From assembly GCA_965205385.1 (NCBI GenBank), contig CBDBGS010000008.1, positions 745,752 to 809,751 of the forward strand: a stretch of 64,000 bases of DNA, given 5' to 3'. Numbering within the stretch: the stretch's first letter is position 1; each line of letters starts with the position of its first letter. A model generated the notes under the pieces. The model saw nothing but the letters and a program-made list of their open reading frames with translations. It did not search any database and had not been told where the DNA came from. The DNA comes from Dehalococcoidia bacterium. GTDB taxonomy: Bacteria > Chloroflexota > Dehalococcoidia > Lucifugimonadales > UBA3495. Made by a program: the position numbers and the translations under genes. Positions 26,122 to 35,065 of this stretch are shown in pieces.

Positions 26122-28419
26122 TTAGCCCTCCAGAGCCCCCTGCAAGGTACCGGGATTCAAGGGCAGGCCGTCTACTTCGATGCCTATGGCGTGGTGAATC
26201 GCGTTCGCGACCGCACCCATCGGAGGCACGATTGATGCTTCGCCAACTCCCCTGATGCCGAACGGGTGTCCAGGGTTGCCGATCTCCACGATTACCGTGT
26301 CGATCATGGGTAGGTCCAGGCTTGTCATCATTCGATAGTCCAGCAGGCTGGAGTTGAGAAGTTCACCCTTGTCGCTCATCACGTACTCTTCGTTGAGGGC
26401 CCAGCCGATGCCCTGGACGGTCCCACCCTGCATCTGGCCCTCGACGTAGCTGGGATGGATGGCCTTGCCCGCGTCCTGGAAGGCGGTGCACCGTAGCACC
26501 TGCACCTTGCCGGTTTCAGGGTCTACCTCGACGTCCACGAGGGTCGCTGTGACTGAACCACCAGCGCCCCTGGGATTCACGTTGCCGCGCCCCACAACTG
26601 GCCCGCCGGTGTCGTTCAACCTGGGGGCTATCTCCTTGAACGTCATTCGCAGCTCGGGGTCGGAGGTGTGTTGCAACGCGCCGTCGACGTATTCAACGTT
26701 TTCAGGGTCGGTCTCCCACAAGAGGGCGGCCCTTTGCGCGAGTTGACGCCGGATGTCCTGGCCAGCCTCATAAGCTGCCCAACCGGTCTTGAACGCCACA
26801 CCGCTGCCCGCGGTCAACGAGGTGTAGCCGATGGTGTCGGTGTCCACCACCTCGGGATAAACGTCCTCGACGCGGATGCCCAGCACCTCGGCCAGCTGCT
26901 GGGCGATGACCACCCGGGACCCGCCGATGTCCACGGAACCCTCAACCAACATGACTGTCCCGTCGGGGTTGACGTTGGCCACGGCACAGGAAGGTCCGGA
27001 GTTGTTTCGCCAGAAGCCGACTGCGACTCCCCTGCCTTGGTTCTTCCCGGTCAGTGGAGTGTTGTAATGAGGATGAGCCTTGACCGCCTCCATTACCTCG
27101 ACGCCGCCGATAATCGGGTTGACCGTGCCGTCGGCCCTGCGGGTGCCTTCCTTGGCCGCATTGCGGAGCCTGAACTCGATGGGGTCGATCTGAAGTTTCT
27201 CGGCCAATTCGTCCAGCAGGATTTCGATGGCAAAGCAACCTAGGGGAGCGCCGGGGGCGCGGTAGGCCGCTGTTTTCGGCTTGTTGTCCACCACGTCATA
27301 GCCATCCAACTGGACGTTCGGAATGTCATAAGGGGTGGTCATACAGGCTGTTGCGCCTCCGATGGGCGAGCCCGGATACGCGCCGGCTTCAAAGGCCAGG
27401 TAAGCTTTCACGGCTACGATTTTTCCGTCGTTGGTCGCGCCAATCTTAGCCGTCATGTGCGAGCCGGAAGTTGGGCCGGTGGCCTCCATCACGTCGGCGC
27501 GGCTCATGGACACCTTAACCGGGTGGCCCGTCTTCCTGGAGAGCACCGCCGCAACCGGCTCCAGGTAGGCCGCCAGCTTACCGCCGAAGCCGCCGCCGAT
27601 CTCCATGGGAACCAGTTTGATCTTGGAGGAGGAGAGGCCCAATATCCTCGCTACGTTGTCGCGAATTCCGAAGGGGTTTTGGGAGCTGTTCCAGACCGTG
27701 AGCCTGCCGTCGTGGCTCCAGGATGCCGTTGCGCTTTGGGGTTCGATATAGCCCTGGTGGACGGTCTTGGTCCTGAACTCGCGCTCGACTATTACATCAG
27801 CCTGGGAGAAACCTTCGTCCACGTCGCCCAGCGTTAGCTGTTGGTAGCTGGCGATGTTCGTCTTTTTGGGGAAGCGGTCATCAAAGCTGGATGTGGTCAT
27901 GTGTTCGTGGAGGATGGGTGCGTCGGCTTTCATCGCATCCTCGGCGGTGGTAACCGAGGGCAGCACCTCATAGTCCACTTCGATTAGTTTCAGGGCCTCT
28001 TCCGCGACGTGGGGATTCTCCGCGGCCACCGCCGCAACGGCGTGACCCTTGTACAGCGCTTTGTCCCCTGCCAGGACGTTGTTGCTCATGTACTTGAGGC
28101 TCAGGACGGCCTCTTCACCGATCTCCGCCAGAAGGTCGGGCACGGGGGCAAAGTCCGCGGCGGTGGCCACCGCCAGCATTCCCGGATGCGCCTCTGCCTT
28201 GGAGGTGTCAATGCCCTTGATACGGGCGTGGGCGTGGGGGCTGCGCAGCACCTTTCCGTGGAGGTGTCCGGGAAGGCGTATGTCGCCCCCGTACTGGGCC
28301 CTGCCGGTAACCTTGTCCACTCCGTCATGGCGGATGGGCCGCGTGCCCACCACCTTGTATTCCACATTAGAGAGCACTATGTTCGAGGTCATATTGAAGC
28401 TTATCCCCCTCGCAATCAT
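26122..28419 (-). CDS. xanthine dehydrogenase/aldehyde oxidase/CODH-family molybdopterin-binding large subunit
   Basis: 765 aa with the N-terminal a/b-hammerhead (GTRPIRHDGVDKVTGRAQY) and GGGFGGK and GVGE blocks. No small or medium subunit genes are adjacent. The ATG at 28392 is a likelier start. Confidence 0.85.
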   Translation of the reverse strand: MIARGISFNMTSNIVLSNVEYKVVGTRPIRHDGVDKVTGRAQYGGDIRLPGHLHGKVLRSPHAHARIKGIDTSKAEAHPGMLAVATAADFAPVPDLLAEIGEEAVLSLKYMSNNVLAGDKALYKGHAVAAVAAENPHVAEEALKLIEVDYEVLPSVTTAEDAMKADAPILHEHMTTSSFDDRFPKKTNIASYQQLTLGDVDEGFSQADVIVEREFRTKTVHQGYIEPQSATASWSHDGRLTVWNSSQNPFGIRDNVARILGLSSSKIKLVPMEIGGGFGGKLAAYLEPVAAVLSRKTGHPVKVSMSRADVMEATGPTSGSHMTAKIGATNDGKIVAVKAYLAFEAGAYPGSPIGGATACMTTPYDIPNVQLDGYDVVDNKPKTAAYRAPGAPLGCFAIEILLDELAEKLQIDPIEFRLRNAAKEGTRRADGTVNPIIGGVEVMEAVKAHPHYNTPLTGKNQGRGVAVGFWRNNSGPSCAVANVNPDGTVMLVEGSVDIGGSRVVIAQQLAEVLGIRVEDVYPEVVDTDTIGYTSLTAGSGVAFKTGWAAYEAGQDIRRQLAQRAALLWETDPENVEYVDGALQHTSDPELRMTFKEIAPRLNDTGGPVVGRGNVNPRGAGGSVTATLVDVEVDPETGKVQVLRCTAFQDAGKAIHPSYVEGQMQGGTVQGIGWALNEEYVMSDKGELLNSSLLDYRMMTSLDLPMIDTVIVEIGNPGHPFGIRGVGEASIVPPMGAVANAIHHAIGIEVDGLPLNPGTLQGALEG

Positions 28420-28540
28420 ATCTGTTTGACGCTGGATTCCAGCGGCGCTCTCATATATTACAACTTAGCAGCCGGGGACTCCAGTGGAGGAAGGCAGGCC
28501 ACGAGGCCCTTGGGTGCTTCGTCCGAACTGTGATTGATGT

Positions 28541-28603
28541 GATTGGATGATTACCATGATTTTTCGGGTCTGTAAGCGCCAGAATCATGGTAATCATCCA
28601 ATC
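28541..28603. repeat. 21-bp perfect inverted repeat (long hairpin) in the intergenic region
   Basis: GATTGGATGATTACCATGATT (28541-28561) and its exact reverse complement (28583-28603) are separated by a 21-nt loop. Imperfect pairing extends about 13 nt further on each side. Confidence 0.8.
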
Positions 28604-28623
28604 AGATAAATCACGGTTCAGAC

Positions 28624-28660
28624 AAAAAAATAGACCCCCGGTAAGGCCCTGCCGGGGGTC
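28624..28660 (-). terminator. Rho-independent terminator of the ABC transporter operon
   Basis: The minus strand reads GACCCCCGG-(10 nt)-CCGGGGGTC followed by TATTTTTTT. It lies 27 nt after the permease stop. Confidence 0.7.
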
Positions 28661-28686
28661 TTCGATCTCCTAGTTGAGATTCGCGA

Positions 28687-29676
28687 TTAGAACTGGATAC
28701 CGGCAGACTTGGACTCCTTGGTCTGCTTTAGCCAGCGCCAGCGTTGGAGGGGGTCGCTTACCGCCCGCATCCAGACGCCAAACAGGTTGAAGGAGAGGGC
28801 CGTCACGAAGATGGCGGATCCGGGAACCACCACCATCCACCAGGCTGAGGTGATATACGCGCGGCCCGAAGCTAACATGAGGCCCCAGGAGGACTCCGGC
28901 GGTTGGATGCCGAACCCGAGGAAGCTGAGCGCCGACTCGGTGAGGATTGTCGCCGGAACATCCAGGGCGGCCAGGGCCAGGACCGGGGTTATTAGATTGG
29001 GCAAAATGTGCCGCGCTAATATTCGCTGGTCGCTGGCGCCGATTGCCCGGGCCGCGTCGGTGAAGGTCTGCTCCCTCAAAGACATGACTACGCCCCGTGT
29101 GATCCTGCAGTAGAGCATCCATCGGGCGACGGCAAATACGATGATGATGTTCTTAAAGCTAGGCCCTAGTATAAATATCACCATCAGCGCTAAGAACAAC
29201 AGTGGCACCGTCATGAACACATCCACGGCCCGCATGATGATGTCGTCTACCGCGCCTCGGTAGTAGCCCGCCAATAGCCCCAGGAAAACGCCGATGGAGC
29301 CCGAAGCGAACACCCCGAGGAAGCCCACAGTGATCGAGATTCGCCCACCGTAGATCAGCCGGCTGAGCATGTCCCGGCCCACGTGGTCGGTGCCCAAGAG
29401 GTAGAAACGTTCCTCCTTCAGCCGCGCCGCGCCCGACTCCTTGATGATGGCGTTTCCTGTGGCTAGGGGCGGCAGGTGACGAAGAGCTACTTGTTGGTCG
29501 TTTGGGTCGTGGGGAGAGAATAATGGCGCGAATATCACGGCGAGTAGCGTGATTGCCAGGAAGATCCCGGATATGAGCGTTACTGTGTCGTTGAAGAACG
29601 CCTGAACCAGGGGCCGCTGGAAGACGGCCGCAATCGGGTTGACTCTTGGCTGTTGTAGGATTGTCGCGTCTCGCAT
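28687..29676 (-). CDS. ABC transporter permease (DppC/OppC type)
   Basis: 329 aa with a binding-protein-dependent transport inner-membrane component and an EAA-like loop (TDAARAIGASDQRILARHILPN). Confidence 0.85.
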   Translation of the reverse strand: MRDATILQQPRVNPIAAVFQRPLVQAFFNDTVTLISGIFLAITLLAVIFAPLFSPHDPNDQQVALRHLPPLATGNAIIKESGAARLKEERFYLLGTDHVGRDMLSRLIYGGRISITVGFLGVFASGSIGVFLGLLAGYYRGAVDDIIMRAVDVFMTVPLLFLALMVIFILGPSFKNIIIVFAVARWMLYCRITRGVVMSLREQTFTDAARAIGASDQRILARHILPNLITPVLALAALDVPATILTESALSFLGFGIQPPESSWGLMLASGRAYITSAWWMVVVPGSAIFVTALSFNLFGVWMRAVSDPLQRWRWLKQTKESKSAGIQF

Positions 29677-29718
29677 GTTGTAAGCTGTACCTCACGCCGG
29701 GGCATTGGGATAATCGGG

Positions 29719-30648
29719 CTATTTGTAAACGATCCGCGGATCCAGCCAGGTATAAACGAGATCCACCGTCAGGTTGACCAACATCACGATCAGGGCCACG
29801 GAGAAGAGAGCCGCCGTGACCACGGGCAGGTCCCGCGCCGAGATGGAGTCGACCAAGAGCTTGCCCATGCCGGGCCAACCGAAGATCGTTTCCGTGATAG
29901 TGGCCCCGTTCATGAACCCCGCTACCTCCGCCCCCATCACAGTGACGATGGCGATAGAGGCGTTCTTGAGGACATGACTCCAGAGTACGGTGCGCTCGGC
30001 CAGGCCTTTGGCCCGGGCGGTAGACACATACTGCTTGCCCATCTCCTCGATCATTACCGCCCTGGTGATTTGGGCATTGCGGCCCATCACCGTGGGCACC
30101 AGCGTAGCGGCGGGCAGGATGATGAACTTCCATCCCGAAGGCCCAAGCCCCTCGTAGCCGGAAGTGGGCAGCAATTCGAATTCGACCGACACGATCAAGA
30201 TCAGCATCAACGCTAGCCAGAAGCTTGGAATGGAGATGACGGCGAAGGACATGATGTTGACGGTGCGGTCCATGATGCCCCGGGGCCGTCTGGCCGCTAA
30301 CATGCCGATGGGGACCCCCAGAGCGCCGATTGCGAAAGATACGCCCCCAAGGAGCGCCGTATTGGGCAGACGTTCTAGAACCAGTTCGCGCGCTTCCGCT
30401 CCCAGCCGGTAGGACCGGCCGAAGTCCCCTTGAAGAATCCCGCCGAAGAAGTCCAGGAACCGTTTGTGAAGAGCTTCGTTGAATCCATAGATTTCCCGCA
30501 GGGCCTCTATCTGTCCTGGGGTAGCGTCGTCGTCCACCAACAGGTCGATGGGATCGCCTAGAACGTTCGTGGCGAAGAACAGCAATGCCATAAGTCCCAG
30601 GACAATAAAAACCGAGTGGGCCACACGCCGGATCATGTAGTTACGCAC
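29719..30648 (-). CDS. ABC transporter permease (DppB/OppB type)
   Basis: 309 aa. The N-terminus MIRRVAHSVFIVLG and the EAA loop (YVSTARAKGLAERTVLWSHVLKNA) match this type. Confidence 0.85.
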   Translation of the reverse strand: MRNYMIRRVAHSVFIVLGLMALLFFATNVLGDPIDLLVDDDATPGQIEALREIYGFNEALHKRFLDFFGGILQGDFGRSYRLGAEARELVLERLPNTALLGGVSFAIGALGVPIGMLAARRPRGIMDRTVNIMSFAVISIPSFWLALMLILIVSVEFELLPTSGYEGLGPSGWKFIILPAATLVPTVMGRNAQITRAVMIEEMGKQYVSTARAKGLAERTVLWSHVLKNASIAIVTVMGAEVAGFMNGATITETIFGWPGMGKLLVDSISARDLPVVTAALFSVALIVMLVNLTVDLVYTWLDPRIVYK

Positions 30649-30765
30649 GATTGTCCCTCAAATCAGCCATCGGCAAGACTCCGGGGGTCGTTGTTTCACA
30701 AACGACCGCGCCCCGGTCTGGTGGTCTCGGGGCACGGTCCTTTAGCCGGACGATCAGGTGTCCGA

Positions 30766-32673
30766 TTACTTGGTGAAGTAGACGGTGTTGGCCCTGAGCC
30801 TGGGCGCATAGTAGGGTTCCCATTCCAGGTCCGCGTCCATGGCGTAGACCACCACGTTTATAAAGTGGAACACGAAGTGAGCGTGATCGTGGGCGTGTTG
30901 GGCTATCTCCGCTAGCCGTTCGGTGCGCAGCGACCCCGTCGGCGTGGCAACCGCTATGTCAATCTTCTCCGTAAGGTCGCTTTCGCAGATTCGGCCGACA
31001 TAGTAGCACCAATTCCGCAGCAGGGCCTGCCTGGAATAGTCTAGCGATTCGGTAGACGTGCGAGTTGTGGTGAGACCGGACGTGGCCGCACTTGCGCCGC
31101 CTGCGGTGCTGGGCCCCAGGTTACGGCACTTCTCCTTGAGGTCCCTGCCTGGCGCACTATCGATCTCCGAGCGAGTGCGGCCATAGGCGCAATTGGAACG
31201 CCCAATGGTGCGGCGTACTGAGATGTCCGCCACGTTCAGTGTGACGTTCATCCCGATTTCCTTCCAGTAGTTCACCGCGGCCTCGGCGTACTCGATGCTC
31301 TTAGGGTAGTCGGCCACTCCGATGGTCAAGACGATCTCATTGGCGGGATCGTAATTGGCCACCTCCAAGAGCCGCTTGGCTTCCTCCGGATCATAGCCCA
31401 GGTAGGAAGAGTTGCTCTCATTGATACCTACCGTTCCCCGCTGGGCTATATTGCCGTAGCAGGTGAACAGATTATTGTAAAGCTGCTCCACCAGAGTCTC
31501 GCAGTCCAAACCCAAGTTCAGGGCCATTCGGACCTCGAATTTGGACAACTCCGGGTGGTAGATAGTGTCGATAGGGTAATTGATCGCCTCGTTGTTGGTG
31601 GTCACCTTGTACTTCGGCACCTTGTCGATATCGTCCAGGGAGATTTCAGTCAGATCTGCTTCCCCGGCTGCTATCATGGAAGCCCGTACCAGGTCTTCGT
31701 TGCGCCAGAACTGGATTACGTGTTGAATGATGGGCGCGCGGCCGTCTACGGCCTTAGGGTTGGGCTTGTAGTTTTCGTAGGCTTCCAGGACTATCCGCTG
31801 CTCCCGCTCCCAGTTGATGATCTTGTATGGGCCAAGGCCCGGGCCCTGGGTGTGGATCTCATCCTCCGTGGCGGCCTCGAACCAGTCCTTATCTAAGAAC
31901 TTGGTGAAGATGGTGGTGCGCGGCAGGATGGGGCAAGCGTCTTTGCAGTGGATGTCGAGAGTCAACGGGTCGACTGCTTCTCCCGTGAACGAGCCGTGGA
32001 ATGTGTAGTCATTTCCGAAGCCGTGCCCTCTTGTCTCGTCATCGCCGGCGTAGCTGATCCAGAAGGCCGCGTGATCTGCGTTCCACTCCGTCCCGTTATG
32101 GAAGGTCACGCCGTCCCGCAGTTTGAAGCGCCAAGTCTTGGGGTCAAGCTGCTCCCAGTCCTCAAAACCCTGTAACGGAACGATCTCGAAGGTCTCGTTG
32201 TCGACCCAGGTCAGGGGGTCGCTAGAAATGTCGTCGCATACCGTCTCAGCGAAGCTGCCACTGCAAAGCACATGCGCACCGCCCACGGTATCCGGCTCCA
32301 CCGCCGTTACGAACTTGAAGGTGTCTCTGGCACTGGTAATATCCTCATGGCCTGGCGCAACGGCAGCGGCGGGTGCCGTTGTTGGCTGCTCCATTCCGGC
32401 CTCGGGTTTCTTTGCGGTGTCGGCCTTCTTGGCCGAAGTGTCTGCCTTCGTCTCGGTCTTGGCGGTTGTATCCGCAGCCTTCTCCTGTGGCGCAGGCGTA
32501 TTGGCGATACCCTGCTTGGGGATGGCATCGGGTACCTTGGTGGCCTCCTGCTGTTGCGCGGGAGCGGCGGGCTGTTCGGCGGCCCCGCCGCAGGCAACCA
32601 GGACCAGGGTCATTAGGGCTACCAGGGTCATGGTCCACGCGGTCCAATGAAGTTTGTGCGTCGGTCTCAACAC
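30766..32673 (-). CDS. ABC transporter substrate-binding lipoprotein (family 5, peptide/nickel type) with a long low-complexity linker
   Basis: 635 aa with a lipobox (LVLVACGG). An ~80-aa Ala/Pro/Thr/Lys-rich linker follows, then an SBP_bac_5-like body. Confidence 0.8.
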   Translation of the reverse strand: MLRPTHKLHWTAWTMTLVALMTLVLVACGGAAEQPAAPAQQQEATKVPDAIPKQGIANTPAPQEKAADTTAKTETKADTSAKKADTAKKPEAGMEQPTTAPAAAVAPGHEDITSARDTFKFVTAVEPDTVGGAHVLCSGSFAETVCDDISSDPLTWVDNETFEIVPLQGFEDWEQLDPKTWRFKLRDGVTFHNGTEWNADHAAFWISYAGDDETRGHGFGNDYTFHGSFTGEAVDPLTLDIHCKDACPILPRTTIFTKFLDKDWFEAATEDEIHTQGPGLGPYKIINWEREQRIVLEAYENYKPNPKAVDGRAPIIQHVIQFWRNEDLVRASMIAAGEADLTEISLDDIDKVPKYKVTTNNEAINYPIDTIYHPELSKFEVRMALNLGLDCETLVEQLYNNLFTCYGNIAQRGTVGINESNSSYLGYDPEEAKRLLEVANYDPANEIVLTIGVADYPKSIEYAEAAVNYWKEIGMNVTLNVADISVRRTIGRSNCAYGRTRSEIDSAPGRDLKEKCRNLGPSTAGGASAATSGLTTTRTSTESLDYSRQALLRNWCYYVGRICESDLTEKIDIAVATPTGSLRTERLAEIAQHAHDHAHFVFHFINVVVYAMDADLEWEPYYAPRLRANTVYFTK

Positions 32674-33055
32674 TCTTACCTGGCCTCCTTAACGAATGCT
32701 AGCAGTGAAGGATTGCGTTGCTGCGTACCAGCCACCATGGGCTGCGTATGGTGACGGAATATACATCATCATGGAAGAAGATGTCAATAGAGCATAAATT
32801 GTGGCTATATGGCGAATATCAATCAAGCTATGGCTAGAATACGTTAGAAACATGAGACTATATGCTTAGTATTAAACTGCCGTGCGACGGGTATCGCAGT
32901 GAGTGCTATGAGTCGGATAGACTATAGGTATTTCTTATCCAGATCATCATTTCGTAACAAGTACGTGACGATCAGGCGGCAAATCAGACATGCCAAAAGT
33001 AGGAGCCTAAACGGAGACGCGTGGGGAGGCCATCGTAATCGGGAAGCTAGATGGT

Positions 33056-33130
33056 TGGTCGGGGCGGGCAGACTCGAACTGCCGACCTCCTGGTCCCAAA
33101 CCAGGCGCCCTACCGCTGGGCCACGCCCCG
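33056..33130 (-). tRNA. tRNA-Pro (anticodon UGG), CCA encoded
   Basis: The minus strand folds as acceptor CGGGGCG with D, anticodon and T arms, with anticodon loop TTTGGGA and T arm GGCAG-TTCGAGT-CTGCC. The 3-prime end is CGCCCCG-A-CCA. Full 75-nt cloverleaf. Confidence 0.9.
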
Positions 33131-33315
33131 TCCAGATGGTGGATCAGGGGAAAGAGTTGAATCAGCTCTGTCCCCGACCCAATTAAGTTTACTGTAGATG
33201 AAGCCGATGCACTACCATAGGACCCTGCTCTTAATCATGCTTGTGATGGTTTCAGGTGTTATCCTCGAGACAGTTCAGAGTTTCGAAGTCTGACGGATGT
33301 GGGCAGAATGCAAAT

Positions 33316-33552
33316 ATGGCAGTGCAGATTACGATAAAAAACGTCCCAGAAGCAGTCCGCGATGGACTCAAGGCCCGCGCCGCGTCCGAGGGCAAGTCCA
33401 TGCAAGAGTTATTGCTCGGGGAACTCGAACTCATTGCGTCGCAGGTTTCCATGAAGACGTGGCTCAAAGAAGTCCGGGAGTTAAAAAAGGCTCGCGGCAT
33501 CGACGTGCCCACTTGGAAGATATTAGAGGCTCGAGACCACGACCGGAAGTGA
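33316..33552 (+). CDS. vapB: type II antitoxin, ribbon-helix-helix (VapB/FitA-like)
   Basis: MAVQITIKNVPEAVRDGLKARAASEGKSMQELLLGEL is an Arc/MetJ-type RHH. I chose the internal ATG of the 33256 track ORF. Its stop overlaps the toxin start (GTGA). Confidence 0.7.
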   Translation: MAVQITIKNVPEAVRDGLKARAASEGKSMQELLLGELELIASQVSMKTWLKEVRELKKARGIDVPTWKILEARDHDRK

Positions 33553-33962
33553 CGTCGGTCGTTGATGCGTCAGTGTTCGTCTCCGCACTAGTTGACCCTG
33601 GTCCGGAAGGCCAATGGTCGGAGATTGCCATGATCAGTGATGATCTGGCCGGTCCCGAATTGGCCTTGGCGGAAGCCTGCAATCTTTTGCGTCGATTAGA
33701 GCAATCCATCCTAATCACGCGTTCAGAGGCTGACAGGCTTCATGAACAGCTGCTTAGGGTCGAGATCAGGCTCTTTGGGTATGGGCCCTATGCCGAGAGA
33801 ATATGGCAGCTACGTTCGAATTTGACCTGCTATGACGCCTGGTACGTTGCCCTAGCCGAGGACCTAGACTGCCCTCTGATCACACTTGACCTCAGGCTCA
33901 GCCGCTCCACCGGACCGAGCGGCGAGTTTGTCACGCCACCGCCTAGGCAGACAAGCGAATAA
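33549..33962 (+). CDS. vapC: type II toxin VapC (PIN domain RNase)
   Basis: A GTG start at 33549 gives ~137 aa. The acidic PIN residues sit in VVDASVF, LALAEACN, CYDAWYVALAE and LITLD. Confidence 0.7.
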   Translation: MTSVVDASVFVSALVDPGPEGQWSEIAMISDDLAGPELALAEACNLLRRLEQSILITRSEADRLHEQLLRVEIRLFGYGPYAERIWQLRSNLTCYDAWYVALAEDLDCPLITLDLRLSRSTGPSGEFVTPPPRQTSE

Positions 33963-34054
33963 GCGGGTGGGCAACCTGAAGCGGGGCGATTCTGGGAGGG
34001 TCTGTGGGTCGTGGAAGCCGCAAACTATGTTCTCGGCCGCGAAGTTAGCGGTGG

Positions 34055-34077
34055 TACCAAAGGAGTGAATCGCACTC
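34055..34077. repeat. degenerate direct repeat of the tRNA-Arg 3-prime end (putative distal att site)
   Basis: TACCAAAGGAGTGAATCGCACTC matches TACCCCCGGAGAGAATCGAACTC at 49950-49972 at 18 of 23 positions, in the same orientation. Confidence 0.45.
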
Positions 34078-34106
34078 CTTCCTACTTATAGCTATCAGGG
34101 CCGTAT

Positions 34107-34129
34107 ATTACCACACCGTTTACCACACC
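34107..34129 (+). promoter_or_regulatory. two arm-type repeats (ATTACCACACC / TTTACCACACC)
   Basis: The same motif occurs 5 times at 49838-49900, in the same orientation. These are putative integrase or excisionase arm-binding sites. Confidence 0.5.
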
Positions 34130-34253
34130 AAGGCCGCTTGTCTAGGCTTACCTATTCCCTTTTGCGTTGGTAAAATAGGTTCAATCTTGTAAGGGATGGT
34201 GAACGATGCAATGGAAGCTGAGTACATAACCACATTGGAAATAGCCAAGATGC

Positions 34254-34404
34254 TAAACCAATACCAAGGTGGGATGTGCATTTCGGTGGTCTTGACGAGG
34301 ACCGAAAGGAATCCATTGTTCCTCATATCACCTCAAGGCCCCAACTGGGTAGGCACCGACAGTGCCGTATGGCGATATGTACATTTCACCTTGGCTTTAG
34401 TTTA
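34254..34404. mobile_element. MITE-like element (~147 bp) flanked by TA
   Basis: The terminal inverted repeats TAAACCAATACCAAGGTGGGATGTGCAT and ATGTACATTTCACCTTGGCTTTAGTTTA match at 22 of 28 positions. It has no coding capacity and sits inside the xis reading frame. Confidence 0.55.
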
Positions 34405-34408
34405 GTAC

Positions 34409-35065
34409 TCAGTCAACCGTAAAATCGGAAGGGTAAAGGCGGTGAAGTTTGGTTCGTGCGTCCCGGGTGTTGAACCGCCAGTTGATGGTGGCTCTGGCGG
34501 CGTTGCGCTCCGTGACCAGAGCATCGACTTCCCGCCGGAGGGCCTCCTCGCCGGAGAGCCGCTGCTTCAGGCAGGAGCGGGACAGGACGCTGAACTCGAT
34601 CTCCGCCATATTCAGCCAACTCCCGTGCTTGGGGGTGTAATGAAACTCCAGCCGCCTGGCTATCCGCCGGGCTTCCTCAGCCGGGAAAGTCTCGTACAGC
34701 GATGCCCGGCGATGGGTGTTCAGATTGTCCAGGACAACCCTTACCACCTCGGCTTCCGGGTAGGCTTCATCCGCCAGCCAGCGCATCCGGCGGGCGAAGT
34801 CTTGCATCGTGCGTCGCTCCGTGACCGCCACCTCTCGCCAACCTGCCAAGGGCTCGCAGGCCAAGAACAGGTTGCGGGTACCCTCCCGCCGGTATTCGTA
34901 GTCCTGCCGCAGCGGAAGTCCCGGCCGGGGCGGCAGAGCGGGCCGGGTCTCCGCCAACAACTGGGTGGATGTCTCGTCAAAACAGACCACCGGACGTTGG
35001 GGATCATAGGGTTCGGCGTAGAGATCCAGGACATCCTCCATGTTAGCCACAAATTCCGCGCTCAC
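34409..35065 (-). CDS. IS630 transposase, DDE catalytic part (orfB)
   Basis: 218 aa with the DDE_3 pattern (VVCFDETS...VLDNLNTHR...WLNMAEIEF). The -1 frame upstream reads ...KKNALKPWQKKEWCIPKVSAEF, the usual contiguous IS630 sequence. Confidence 0.8.
   Translation of the reverse strand: MSAEFVANMEDVLDLYAEPYDPQRPVVCFDETSTQLLAETRPALPPRPGLPLRQDYEYRREGTRNLFLACEPLAGWREVAVTERRTMQDFARRMRWLADEAYPEAEVVRVVLDNLNTHRRASLYETFPAEEARRIARRLEFHYTPKHGSWLNMAEIEFSVLSRSCLKQRLSGEEALRREVDALVTERNAARATINWRFNTRDARTKLHRLYPSDFTVD

Noticed and set aside
32674-33055. The AT-rich DNA at the 3-prime side of tRNA-Pro might have been a second integrated element.
   Set aside because: There is no integrase, no repeat of the tRNA-Pro 3-prime end that I could find, and no ORFs. 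It is more simply the promoter and leader region of the divergently oriented ABC operon.
34120-34326. 68-aa minus-strand ORF with hydrophobic segments at the island edge.
   Set aside because: It is antisense to the 5-prime part of the reconstructed xis gene and runs into the MITE. It has no RBS, and the AT-rich sequence gives spurious hydrophobic translations.
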